Both the position numbers and the translations under genes were made by a program. The notes beneath the pieces were generated by a model. The model made no database searches and was not told where the DNA came from. It saw only the letters and a list, made by a program, of their open reading frames with translations. From Trypethelium eluteriae (taxonomy: Eukaryota), in NCBI GenBank assembly GCA_051942245.1, contig JAVECL010000065.1, positions 1 through 64,000 of the forward strand: a DNA stretch of 64,000 nt, read 5' to 3'. This document shows positions 38,481 to 51,828 of the stretch, in pieces; within the stretch, counting starts at the first letter, position 1; each line of letters starts with the position of its first letter.

Positions 38481-39138
38481 CTACTGAAAAGTCCAAATCA
38501 CGGTAGTGACATCACCATCTTAGTTCAAGTCTTAGCAAAAAACGGAGCAAAAAAAATCCTTTCGACTCTCATGCGGATCCCACATACCTGGTGATAGTGC
38601 AGCGAGGCCTTGGGCGGACAACTGAAGATCTTCCGTATCGGTTGTTGTGAATTGGCCGACGACGATGGCAGTGATTAATTCGCCGGTTTCTGAGATTTCG
38701 ACCAATTTTTCAAAAACAACGCTTACATGAACGTCGGAAAAGGGATTAATTACCGGGATTGGTGACATTCAGAGGCTCATCACAGGGTGCCTCACTAAAG
38801 GTTGCTCTTAGAAGAAATACGAGCGAAAGTCTCATATTGTCATCGCCTAGCACCAAGACGAACTTACTCAGGAGGGTCAAAGAACTGCGCAGGGACTGCC
38901 GCATAGTTCGCACCAGCTGGAGTATCTTCGAGTCCGCAACGGCCTCCAGCTGGGTTGGCGAACAAAGTCACTACAGGTAAACAAAGGAGATCAGCACACC
39001 CTTTTTCACTTAGTGAACCTTACACATTCTTCATCAACCCTTACCATTACCCTCAAAATTGCCCGGATGCGGGCATCGCGTACAGGCGCGGACTTGTGTC
39101 AAGGTCAATGCCACGGCAGCGGTGCTGATGAAACGCAT
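38481..39138 (-). CDS. Small secreted RlpA-like double-psi beta-barrel (expansin/loosenin-like) protein, 5 exons, ~125 aa
   Basis: Manual splicing gives MRFISTAAVALTLTQVRACTRCPHPGNFEGNVTLFANPAGGRCGLEDTPAGANYAAVPAQFFDPPEATFSEAPCDEPLNVTNPETGELITAIVVGQFTTTDTEDLQLSAQGLAALSPDGDVTTVIWTFQ*. Donors are GTAAGG, GTAAGT, GTAATT and GTATGT. A TATA-like element lies at ~39200. Confidence 0.7.
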
Positions 39139-39954
39139 GATGAGAAATGTAAAATTTCCGGTGCAAAAACTCCAAGGCGGAGAATTAGGCTACCCCAAGC
39201 TTATATAGATAAAAGACCTTTCAGCTCACAAGACTCGGCTTACCTCCTTTCGACGGAGTGGTTATCCTATTTACAGATGCTACAGCTGATTCTGAGCCGC
39301 ACATGAGCGGAAGGCAGAGCCGAAGGATGCTACGTCCGCGCTGAGGGCGACAGCATTGGTAAGTGACCTCGAGCTAATTGAGAGAATGTTGTCCAAAGAA
39401 GTGATAATCATATGAAGAATTTTCACAACCCTCGGCGTTGTCTTAAGGATAGGAATTCCTCATGGTCCAAGGGAACGGCATCGCCGAATTGTCAAGCTGG
39501 TCCTCGACCCAGATGTGCGGCTGCCGAGGGTGTGCTCACGTCAGTCTTCCTGACCATTATCGTATTGCATTATCGTGGCGGCATCTTCACGAGCTATGGA
39601 TTTACAAGCGATAGAGGTTTTGACTGTAATGGTAAGTACACCGGTCGATCCAGTTGCCCTCTCCCCAAAATACTACGCCCATAGCAGCTAGTAGATAAGT
39701 CAAATAGTAGCGACAGAATAGTCTCATCCGAAGAAACACCAAAGTTTAGCGGGGAATTTGAGCAGAAGAGGGTTGGGGGGCCCTTTTGCTTATGCAACCC
39801 CCTTGCACATGCATGGACGATGTACTCCACAGACGCTACATGCATTTGCAGATCTTATCATAATGGTAGTCTTTGGAGGATAGACTGGTATAAGGGTGAT
39901 AAGCATCCCAAAGGATGAGCGGACGATCCCCAAAATGTACTGGCGCTAAAGCAT

Positions 39955-41331
39955 TACGTCCCGCAACACCATATTACCGGGTCTTTGTTATCAAAGTTGT
40001 ACTCCTTTCTTTTTTTTTGACGTCCATTTGGTGATGTTGCAAGACTGTCCACCAAGCCCTGGCCCCATTTTTTTGAATTACAGGACGGTTTGATTAGCAT
40101 CCGCTATCTGAGGGAGGGAGAACAGAAGCTCGAAACAAGGCACATACATTCTTCTTCCAATTCCATTGGTCGGGCTCCGGGTTGCCTTTGATAAATGGTG
40201 TATCTTCGTCAATCGTCTCTTCCAACTCCGCTACCTTTTTCTCAATGCCAGCAACACCGGTCATGGCAATGCTGTTCCGCTTCACACACGAGGCAAGATG
40301 CTGGTGCCAAAATTCATCAATGTCAAAATCTAGAAGGTTATCCTCAAATTTCTCGGCAAAAAGAAGGAACACTGATATGACCAAGGCAATATCCTTGAAT
40401 TCAGAGTTAGGCTTGAGCTTGCCTGCCAGATCCAAGCGGTTAAGCATAGAGAGGGCGGCACATCCGATCATGTCCAAGGTTTTGAACATTCGGTCACCGT
40501 CGTCCAAGTCTACGATAATGTCAGCTAGGATGTGCTTGATTTTTACATAGCAGTATCTTACTTGCCCAAGGCCATATCGGATAACGGACAAGTCAGTGAC
40601 CGAGTGCCTCAATGATTGCCCAAAGCTCATTCAGCGAGGGGTTTTTCTTCGTGTACTCAGTGTTGAATGCAACCAGCTATCCGTTATCTTAGCAAGCATT
40701 CCGACCAAGAGGCAGGGTTGACGCATGGCGGATCATAGTGAAGATCACATGAGACTCACCGTGTTTTCGATCACTTGTTGTATCCCATAACCAGCGAAGT
40801 CGTTATAGACATACATATCAAAATAATCCGGATTTCGAAAGTCGGCTTCGCACTTCAGGTCATCCCGCATTTGCCACGCTTTGCGCGTGGTGAACCAAGT
40901 CCAGTCGGGGTTCTCCCTAAGAGGTTTCCCACACATGCAGTCGTCTTCGCCGCATTTCGACTTCTTGATATAATACTTCCAGAGTTCATCCTCACCAAGT
41001 ACCCCGTCTTTACCTTCTTCCATCTTGAGATTGTTTTCTCTCTCTCAAAATCATAATAGGGTCGGCAGAACGTTATATATTCGAACGGATCCTCTGTCGT
41101 TGTTGGCTGGTCTTGTTTAGATTGATATCGCAGATGATGAAAGGCAGAGTGAGTAGATGGAAATTGGACTACCTCTGGTTCATTAGAGGGAGCTTGAGCT
41201 CGATCGCTCTCTAGCAGATTTTCTTTCTCTTTGCCAGCTCGCTTCTTGGTACCCTTTGCCGATTTGGGAGCCGGCGCAGCGGCGTTGGCGTTGGCGTCGG
41301 CGTCTTCTATGGTGCGTTTTGCGCGCGGCAT
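39955..41331 (-). pseudogene. Disrupted gene for a conserved-looking fungal hypothetical protein
   Basis: Begins MPRAKRTIEDADAN. Frameshift in a GA repeat at ~41040 (DFERE to NNLKMEEG), in-frame TGA at 40593-40595 (ALGH*LVRYPIWPW) and an apparent frameshift in an A9 run at ~40010-40018 (ITKWTSKK to RKEYNFDNKDP). Confidence 0.65.
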
Positions 41332-42862
41332 TGTCTCTACTACAATCGTCTCTAGTAGTTGTAATGAATGCGAATGAACATGGCCAATGATAAGTAGAGA
41401 CGAGAGATGGGAGTTCCCAAGGAACACTTTCCGCTTGTTTACATGTACGTCATTTGCAAGGATTACGCGCTGTGACGCGTCAAGTATGACATCCCTTCGG
41501 ACTTCTACAGGTACTCTGTCATGTTGAAGTTTGTCGTAAGAAATAAATTGTGATTTTGCACAACAAAAAGCTTCTGGTCCAAACCAATATTTCCTAGAGA
41601 ACATTTCCCAATCGATGGTTCCTGTCTTGGATCTTTCGATATTGCTGAGCCGTGATGTCGCTTCTTGGCGAAAATTAGGCCCCTGTCACCTGTCGTACCG
41701 TGGCTTCTTAGGTGGCATGCATCACATGGAGTACCTCTTGCCTTTTCCGGCTTTACAAAATACTACAGCAAGCCGGCTCGTTGAAAGACTTCGTCGTGTG
41801 CAGTGACTACTGCGCGAAACGTTTGGAAACACGCTCGAAAGTCTCAGATCCCCCGTTTCGGGACCCCTATTTACGTTACACCATTGCCAAGCTGCGTGGC
41901 GATCAAGTAGTCATAGTCGTGCATTGCAGGCATATCATCACAACGTATTGCTTTGTTTCTGGCTTTGGGCAGATGTTCCTAGCGGACTTGCAACTTTGAT
42001 CCAGAATCACAGTGATGCAATGGGTAATGTAGGGTAGGTTTTCATATCTCCCTAGACTTCAACGCCAGCGGCGGTGTTGTTAGGCATGACTCCTCTTCAT
42101 GAGACCTGTCAGCAATCGTCAATGGAAGGCGCTCTTAGAGCTTCCGCCTCACTACCTGGAACATGATCAAAGCCCAAGTCATACCCTCATTAGAAAGTCC
42201 GAGCGCTTGAGCTGGTTTCGTGCTCCACGTGCGCCCGGTTCCTGGATTCTCAAATCGAGGTCAATGATACCCCATTAGATGTATGGCATCGAAACGATGC
42301 CAGGATGAGCTCCTAATTGGGGGTTGGGACTTCTCGCCAGTAGGTCTGCTGTCTACCAGAGCAGAACCTCACCTTGGTCTAGACAAGAATATGTACGGAC
42401 CGACTAGTTCACTTTGCCTAGAATGGGGTTCGTAGCATTTGATGCAATGCAAAGCTACCAAGGATCAAGCTATTGGAGAAAAGCTAGGTCAAATAACCCT
42501 AGGCGTGGGTTCGATCTCCTTTCTCCAACAGTACAATGTGAGGACATGCTTTGAGTGCCATGAGATGACACTCATGATGGGAGATGAGTAAAGCTGGATA
42601 GTTCAAGCATCTGGCATCGAGTGTCATCCTTGAATTCTTGAGCTCTCCAGCTGAGCGGGGCGGGGCGGGTATGAGAGGAGAGATAGGCACGTGCACTTCT
42701 CACCCTCACCAGTCCGCTTGCCGCTAACGATGTTTCCAGGGCGGTGTCGCTGAGCAGAATGTGACAATACCATGATCCTCACCGGAATTAGAAAGCTTAC
42801 AGCTTCCTCACTCCGCTGCCGCACCCGGATAAAGCGATGCGGCAATCGCAACCCTCGCAAAG

Positions 42863-44277
<1,415 letters not shown>

Positions 44278-44779
44278 ACGTTGCATACTGCTTCGGCGTT
44301 GGAAAGGAAGCGCCCCTGGCGATTGCCAAGTCGTTCGACGCATTGTGGAATGGTTAGCGTTTGGCGCATTGAGTATCTTGATATACCCTGGCTGGATGGC
44401 GGGTTCTTCCGGCAGGTTCCGCATTTTGATGACTTTTTCAAGACTACGAATTACCTATGGAGCGGTAGTCTCAATCCTTTGTATTTCAGTGACAAGTCAT
44501 CAGAAGTATGACCTTTGTGACTGATATAGCAGCAGCTGGTGTTTGCTCAGTGATCAGTAGGCTCTTCCATGAACCATATTGATCGACCCAAAAATCCAGC
44601 CCCTGAAAAATTCTTTCCACAAATCAAAGAAAGAAGAGGAGGAAAGAAATTCATGATTAATAGGAGCTTGAAAGTTACGTAACTACTCGGCTACAGTCTC
44701 GTTGCACTCGTACCATTGTTTCCTCTTTAAATTTCCCACTATTGCGAAAGGCTCGCGTGATTTTAGGTTTTGGTCTGAG

Positions 44780-47700
44780 CTAATCGCCAAAAAGACTATC
44801 ATAGCCCGCCTCGCTCTCATGTTCTCCACTCTGGCCCGTCGCATACTCTTGTGCACCAAACCCATCGTCGCCATATGCATCTACAGGCAACTCTCTCTGC
44901 AACGGTGACCGGGCCAGATTCATACGCTCCTGCGTCCTTGGAGTACGATCTTGCCAGTCGTCCAGCGGATCCTCGAGGTCCTCCGCATAGCCCGTTCGAC
45001 CGTCATCTTCAATGGAATCGGCCAAGGTGCAAGGTGTCTCATCACCATTTTCTTCGTCTTCCTCTGCGACACGGCCGTCTCTTTGGATGGCATTTTCAGA
45101 TGGATTATCCTCGTCGTGGAGAGGCACTCTCTGGCCTTGGAAGCGAATTGCTCCGTCGTCAAAGGTGGCTTCGCCTGCATAGCGCTGTCGTTCGTACCGG
45201 CTGGGATGGTCGGGCTCTGGGCTTGGCGCGCTGGATCTGCTGTTGCGGGATTCCTGGGTCGAGGCTTGCTCAATCAAGGATGGGGCTTCCTTCATCTCTT
45301 GAAACAGTTCGTCTTCCGAAGGGGAGGGAACTTTGAAGGTGTGTCCTGAACCTTCGAGAGGAGCGGCTTTGGAGGAGGGCTCCTCGTCAGTGCCATTCAG
45401 CAAGCTGAGACCTGGAATGCGTGGTCCACTGGTACTTGAGTAGCTCAGCGGGTCTGAGAGTGAGCGAGGATACTGCGATTCCCGCGGCTCTTCCTGCGGC
45501 GGAGATTCCTGTTCTTCCACTACACTATGATGGCGCTGGTTCAGGTGTGCTTCATCGCCGTTACCACCACGTCCTTGGTCTTTTACTTCGGTATTCTCTT
45601 CAAAATGCTCAGTATCAGCTTGAAATCCCAGCGCCTCTTGTTCCTCCTGTATCTCCCTTTCCACTGGGGGTCTCTCAGAATCATCCCACTTTTCGATTTC
45701 AGAGGCTTCTGTTGGCTCGATCCCACTACGCAAGGTTCCCAAATCCATATGTTCTTGGGGATTAGTATCCCTCATGTTATCACCTGGCTTTAAACTCTCC
45801 CCTCCCTGATCTTTACTGATCGTAGCTCTATCAGCGGGTTTGTCTTCAATCCCTTCGTCCAGTTTGGAATCCGTGCCCGATTCTCTAGAAGAAACATGGG
45901 CGGCCCAGCTCTCTATAGCGCGACGATTGGCCTCACCGGCATCACCGAGTTTTTCTTCTTCCCTACCATTGCGGCCATCGCCATCCTCATCATCGCTGAG
46001 GCCTTCCTGAACTGTGGGACCTGGAGGAAGACGGGGTGGATCATTCATTTCCAGCTGGTAGTCTTCCTCGCAACCACGGCTCGGGTTCCTCGCTAGTGGT
46101 ACAGGACGAAGTCCGTCTGTGAAATTTGGCGCGGGGATCAGAGGCATTAGAGAAAGTGGATGATTGGGGAAGTTTGCGAGCCACGTATCTCCAGGAGTCA
46201 CTCGTCTTGCAACCGTCCAGATGTCTTCATCTCGCCAATGAATAAGATGGATCTGCTTTCTTGCGCCTTCAAGCTGCGTCAGCCCTCGAGCTACCATGTC
46301 CCAGTAATGATCCTTGGTTCTGAAGTGAACGACAAGCTGGATGTGGTATATGTCGGCAAGTAGTTGAACCATTTCCATGGTGCTGGGCTGTTTATCCCAG
46401 AGTTGAGCCCATAGACTTACACCTCCAAAAGCGGCCGCCTTTTGATTGAATTCTCTGTACCAATCATGTCGTACGCGCCGCACATAGTTCCAGCCTCCTC
46501 CTACGAACCTAGTCGGACCGAAGAGAGCCAAGTGAAAGATCTCCTGGGCTTCCTTCTGGACCCACGCCCCTTTATTCGGGTCGTGAAAGAATGCAGCGGC
46601 GAAAGTGTCGAAGAGTGAGTTGTTGCTATCTGATCTAGACTCTGGACGACTTTGTTGGTAGATGCTTGCTGGTTCGTTGCCCAAGCCTTGGAGATAAGCA
46701 GAATGAGAGAAAGGCTCCTCATCAACAGCAGCGATACCTAATTCGGGGTAGGCGGAAGTAACCTTGGTGGAAACGGGTGCAATTTGAGGGGCTGGCACTC
46801 TAGGAGACGCTGGTTTTGGTGAAAACCTCGCAGATGTGCCCTCGAAAGCGTTGAGAGTCTCCAGTGCATGCACCTGCTCAGTTCCTTGAGAACAACGCAC
46901 TAGAAGGATCCTCCTTTCGTGATCTATCAATCTTTTCCTAAGATCGCACGATTCGACGTCGGCTTTTAACCCCACCCGGTGACATGCTTCAACCAAATCT
47001 TCATATCCATCTCCAATGATGCTGGTCGTCAGCATGCGAACAAGTTCATACACACGTGTGCTGGTGTCAACGTTGTATCCCCGAGCAGTTGCCTGCTCGA
47101 GCACAGATCCACAGGCTTCGACAATACGGCTCCACACCTGGGGTCTGCCTTCGCGTTCAAGTAGTTCTGGATCCAGACCAAGCGTTTGAAGGTCCTTTCC
47201 GCTTTGGATGTCCCATTGTTGGAGGAGGTTACGAGCGTCCTCGACTTGAGCTGGAACAGGCAGACCCAGAGCCAAAATGGAACTGGTGAGGAACGGCATC
47301 TCTATGAGGTCAAGGGCATGCCTGAGGACGTCGGGCTCTCCGAGACCGCGGCTTTGACAAAGGTGGCGGAAGGCTTCCAGCTCCTTGCCTAAACGCTCTT
47401 GTATATCCTCCCTTGATGAGTCTTCGGGCAGAGGTCCACGATCCTCGACTCCCAACCGTCTTGCCCTCTCAACATCTTGCTCCACGCCTAGATCCCACTG
47501 AGCCAGTGCGTTCATCGCGTTCCAGCGCCCTCTAATTTTTGGAGCTTGAGGATTCCATCTCCGAACCTCATCCAATATGGCACTCGTGTTGTACGAGTTG
47601 GCAAACTGGTCCTGAATTCTCCGCAAGATCTGGTTAGTGTTGAGTTTTCGAGAAGACCGTGGAAATCGTAATCCGCGACTCTGCCCGAGCTGGACGAGAT

Positions 47701-47890
47701 GTTCCGGATTCTGAGTATCATGGTTGACTAGGAGAAAATTGTCAAGAACTTCTCGATGAGTTGGTATTGCTGTATTGGCTGACTTGGCGGTAGCCGGATG
47801 GTCTTCTGTCTCTAGATCAATTTTAAGAGCCTTATCGGCGTGGCTACCGGACTCAGCGTCAGCTTTTCTCTTTTTGTCCTGAGAAGCCAT
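44780..47890 (-). CDS. Large intronless hypothetical protein (SAP-like helical repeats, OTU-like domain, acidic disordered tail)
   Basis: Open ORF of more than 1000 aa; start probably MASQDKKRK (NLS-like). The domain calls are by-eye inferences. Confidence 0.7.
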   Translation of the reverse strand: MASQDKKRKADAESGSHADKALKIDLETEDHPATAKSANTAIPTHREVLDNFLLVNHDTQNPEHLVQLGQSRGLRFPRSSRKLNTNQILRRIQDQFANSYNTSAILDEVRRWNPQAPKIRGRWNAMNALAQWDLGVEQDVERARRLGVEDRGPLPEDSSREDIQERLGKELEAFRHLCQSRGLGEPDVLRHALDLIEMPFLTSSILALGLPVPAQVEDARNLLQQWDIQSGKDLQTLGLDPELLEREGRPQVWSRIVEACGSVLEQATARGYNVDTSTRVYELVRMLTTSIIGDGYEDLVEACHRVGLKADVESCDLRKRLIDHERRILLVRCSQGTEQVHALETLNAFEGTSARFSPKPASPRVPAPQIAPVSTKVTSAYPELGIAAVDEEPFSHSAYLQGLGNEPASIYQQSRPESRSDSNNSLFDTFAAAFFHDPNKGAWVQKEAQEIFHLALFGPTRFVGGGWNYVRRVRHDWYREFNQKAAAFGGVSLWAQLWDKQPSTMEMVQLLADIYHIQLVVHFRTKDHYWDMVARGLTQLEGARKQIHLIHWRDEDIWTVARRVTPGDTWLANFPNHPLSLMPLIPAPNFTDGLRPVPLARNPSRGCEEDYQLEMNDPPRLPPGPTVQEGLSDDEDGDGRNGREEEKLGDAGEANRRAIESWAAHVSSRESGTDSKLDEGIEDKPADRATISKDQGGESLKPGDNMRDTNPQEHMDLGTLRSGIEPTEASEIEKWDDSERPPVEREIQEEQEALGFQADTEHFEENTEVKDQGRGGNGDEAHLNQRHHSVVEEQESPPQEEPRESQYPRSLSDPLSYSSTSGPRIPGLSLLNGTDEEPSSKAAPLEGSGHTFKVPSPSEDELFQEMKEAPSLIEQASTQESRNSRSSAPSPEPDHPSRYERQRYAGEATFDDGAIRFQGQRVPLHDEDNPSENAIQRDGRVAEEDEENGDETPCTLADSIEDDGRTGYAEDLEDPLDDWQDRTPRTQERMNLARSPLQRELPVDAYGDDGFGAQEYATGQSGEHESEAGYDSLFGD

Positions 47891-48611
47891 TTCGTGGAAG
47901 AGATTTTTGTTGGACGTATTAGCAATGATCCGATTCGTAAAGGCGCAGTACAAGTAGATCCTTTCCATGGACATAGACTCTGGTTTTGTCCTTGAACTTC
48001 TTTATCTTGTGTCGAAGCATCATTGCCGCATGCGGTAATGAGTGCGTAAATTCCACATCTCAAAGTCATCTCGGAACAATGACTTACCTTTTCGCACCAA
48101 CAATGGGAGCTGATTGCAGAGACAGTAAGCAGTGCAGTGATAGTTACGGTATTGACAGAGTTCATTGTGATTGGGCAACAAGATCCAGTCAACAGTCGAA
48201 AGAGCAATGGTATCCTTTGAAGGTGTGGTGCAGCGGAGGAGTGCATTTTCCTGATTTTGTACCAAACGTGCAGAGAGTAGAGAGTTTACTTGGAAGCACC
48301 GCATTTGACGATGCTCTCGGTAAGGAAGATTGTCACTGACAAGGCTGGCGGAGCTATTACGTGAACAATGTTTTTATGCACGGGCAGTGAGCAGATATTC
48401 TTTCCGAACGCATATAAGCGCGCAATCCTCCCATTCACTTCCAGACGGAACGGTGGAATGATCCTCTGGTCGCTCCAATGGAGAATACGGCACCACGGTA
48501 TGCTACAGAGGTCTGGACGGGGTCAACCTTGCACCGCGTTTCTTGATTGGGGTTCCTGGTCATCAACAATGAACCCGCCCACCCTACAGGGCAGATGTAC
48601 AGTATCTGCCC

Positions 48612-48843
48612 ACCCCTTTTAGTACCTAAACCTCTTCAACCCCTATCTCATCCCATCCAATCTTAGTGTCGCATTAATTTTGTCTTACTCTGTATGGTTC
48701 TTGCTATCTATAACTTATCTGTCACTTATAGTAAATAGGTGGGGTACAAATTAGATGAGATGGGAGGCAGCAACAGCGAGGTGTTAGGTACACAGTATCT
48801 GACCAATAAGAGAAGTTGCAGGGGCTTAGATACTAAAAGGGGT
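48612..48843. mobile_element. MITE-like relic with ~33-bp imperfect terminal inverted repeats
   Basis: Left end ACCCCTTTTAGTACCTAAACCTCTTCAACCCCT versus reverse complement of right end ACCCCTTTTAGTATCTAAGCCCCTGCAACTTCT. Mismatches are mostly transitions, the interior is AT-rich, and no clear TSD is visible. Confidence 0.5.
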
Positions 48844-49015
48844 CCTCCCAGCTCCTCTCCTAATTCCAGGCCATACATACTCGGGTCCACCGATAGGAAG
48901 TGCAGTAGCGCGTGTTGGCTGTGTACTCCGTCCTCCGTACCGCGTATCATAATTTTGAAAGCTTTGACGATATGCTAGTACGCCCGGTTTTACCCCGTGG
49001 GGTGCGTCGCCCCTT

Positions 49016-50023
49016 GCACAGCAATTTTAGTGTTGGCGGAGCAGAAATGGCCGGCAAATTTGGATTTTTCGGACTTGATTGTTTCGCTAGACACTACTCC
49101 AAATTTCCAAGCGCATCGATATGACGAGTGCTTCTCAGAATCTTAAAGTCTGTCTTCGGCCTAATTCGTATTCCTAGAAGATCACACTTCGAAGTCTGAT
49201 TTATTAGGGATAGCCGCTGCCTTGTGGCGACCGACGTGCACATCTACGAAAGACAAAGTGACTTGTGAGCATATGGTGTAGTGGAGCAATTCATTTCCCC
49301 AAGATCATCAGGGGTATGAATGACGTCGACTATGGTACCAAAGTTGCAGAGCGTAGAAATTTGGCGATGCTCTCGGCAAGAAGATTTATCCCTGACCAGG
49401 CTCGCGGAGCGACATGGGGAGCGAGCAGATAGTTGTTCTTTCCAAACGCGTCTAAGTGCGCAATCTTTTAGCCGTCTACTTCCAGCAGTACGACATCGCT
49501 TTCCTGGACGGCATTCTTAATCCCTTAGTCGCTCCTGTGAGGAATACGCTCCATTCTGGAATCTCAAGGTCTGTATGGAGCCAAGCTGGAATGGTACAGT
49601 ACTGAACTCGTCGAATGAGCATCGCGTTTCTGTCGCGTTTCTGTTCTCGGTCATCAGTGGAGGATGACCGAGTGGCCTGTGCGCTTAGCTCGTTCTAGCG
49701 TATATTCTAATATTACAACTCTGGCAACTTTCTGGTTTGGGGCTCGAATAATGGCGAATTACAGTCGAGTGCACAGCAATTTTGGCGTTGGCGGAGCGGA
49801 GATGGCATATATTAGAGTTGATTGTCTCTACTCCAAACTTCCAACCGCGTTGAGCACACAATCTGTTCTGCAGAATCTTGAAGTCCGGCATCGGCCTGAC
49901 AGACATGTCCAGCAGATCACACTCTTGAAGTGTCATTCAATAGCTAGAGATGTAGCCGCTACTTCATGGTGACCGAGTGACGCATTCACCGAAAACGAGG
50001 CGACTTTGGTGGCACTTTGGAGC
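49016..50023. repeat. Diverged direct repeat pair (~49016-49288 and ~49771-50023)
   Basis: Shared colinear blocks GCACAGCAATTTTRGYGTTGGCGGAGC, TTGATTGT, CTACTCCAAAYTTCCAA, CAGAATCTTRAAGTC, AGATCACACT and TAGCCGCT..GACCGA. Confidence 0.8.
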
Positions 50024-50429
50024 ACCCTGGATGTATTTTCTTCTTCCTTCGCAATGGATCACAGTGACGATATGGAGTATTGTTACTTTGATTGCAGATG
50101 GTCCTTATATTGTCCTACTATCTGCCAAATCCTAGCCACTCAGGGCTTTGGGTATCCTATGATAAGGAGAGCCACCATATACACCATTCAAATTTCCAGT
50201 ATTGGCCCGCGTGGCTCTCATTAACATCCCAATCCAATGATTGCTTTCCGACGTCCACCCAACACTAATACATTAAGGAAAGTCAAGAATCGTATGTCGT
50301 TCGCTGTGTGCCGAAAGCAGGACAATCTTGCCGTTTTCCTGGTTGCCAGATATACCTCACCACCAATTATCCACGCGTTATCATTACACATTCTTTTCCC
50401 TCGACCTTTCCAGCTCTTACTCCACCACC

Positions 50430-51828
50430 TTACGAGATGGTCGTACAAATCGCACCAAATTTTCGCTCCGTTAGAGGCTGTGGAAACACGCCGGCGTCCA
50501 CCAGCTTGTACATATCCCACTCGGCCGCATTCTCCGTCTTGAAGTTCCAGAAGATCCACCCCCGCGTTGTCGACTCAAACACCTCCATCTGCGCCTCGAT
50601 ATATCCACGCGTGTCATCCTTGAATGTCTGATTCCACGTCGCGATATCGTTAACCGTGCCACAGCTACCAATCACCGGGCTGCCATCGAACTTGCCTTCG
50701 AAACGCGACTCGGTGCCGTAACCATTCAGCCAAGTCGCGCAGTCCGTCATGGCAGCAGTCCACTCGCCCACAAGCGTCCACTTATCCGCGCCACCGTAGT
50801 TGACAGCGTCATTGCAGACGTGCTGGCGGTGCTCCCACGGCTGCAGCGCAACCTGCCAATTGTTGAAGACCTGATACTCATGGTGGTCGACGGCGACGTG
50901 CTGCGCGCCGCCGTCCTTGGGCGTCAGGAAGCCGTTCCACGTGTTGGCATTGCGGAAGCCGTCTTGCAGCACCACCGTCGTGTCGCTGACGTTGCGCACC
51001 GTCTCGAAGCCCGACCGGTAGAAGTTGTACAGCTCGTCGAGGTCGAGGTCTGAGCTGAGCGGCTCGTTCAGCAGCTCGATCCCGACGACGACGTCCTGCA
51101 TGGCTGGCGTCGCGTACTTGCTGGAGAGTGTCTGCAATACTTCTAGGGTCTGGCTGACTGAGTCGCCGCCTTGCCAGCCGGGCTTGCCGGGACTGTCGAT
51201 TCTTTGGCCGGAGTTGTCGAAGCCGTTTTGCGATAGTGGGGCGCCGTGGAGGTCGACAATCACCTTGAGTGGTTTTGGTTGCGCATTGCGCGCCCATGTG
51301 ATGGCCTTGTCGAGATAGGGCGCAGCGCCACTGGCGAAGGGCTCGCCGTATGAGGCGTAGGCCCAGTAGCCTATAGGTATCCGGACAACGTTGAAGCCGT
51401 AGCTGGAGATGGTGTTGAAGTCGTCTTGAGTAACCCAGCTGTTCCAGTGAGGCTTGAGAACTTGGTCATGAGCAGTCTGGTTGCCAAGCTTCTTCGACAA
51501 GGTGTACTCATCAACGATACCGTCGCTTTCAGGGAACTGCTGGAATATGGACGGGGTGATCCAGCTAAATGTCAGGTTAGTCGAAGTCTCTCAAGCGTAC
51601 TGTGTTTACCTTTGCTGGGTACTTACGGTTCCAGGACAAGCCAGCCACCAATGTTGACGCCGCGTGTGACTACACTACCAAAGTCGAGTCCTTTGGCCCA
51701 ATTGCTTCTGTGCATGAAGTCAGTCTCGATTCTGGAAAGACAGTAAAATAGGTTACATACGCTGGTGCCGGTGCAGCAAATGCAGAACCCGCAGCCAACA
51801 AGGCTGCTATGACAGGCCTCGATATCAT
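50430..51828 (-). CDS. EXG1: Secreted exo-beta-1,3-glucanase (GH5, Exg1/ExgA type)
   Basis: Signal peptide MISRPVIAALLAAGSAFA. Motifs RGVNIGGWLVLEP|WITPSIF, DEYT, RIPIGYWA, DLHGAPLSQNGFDNSG, ELLNEP (acid/base), DHHEYQVF, VGEW (nucleophile) and GWIFWNFKTE. Confidence 0.93.
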
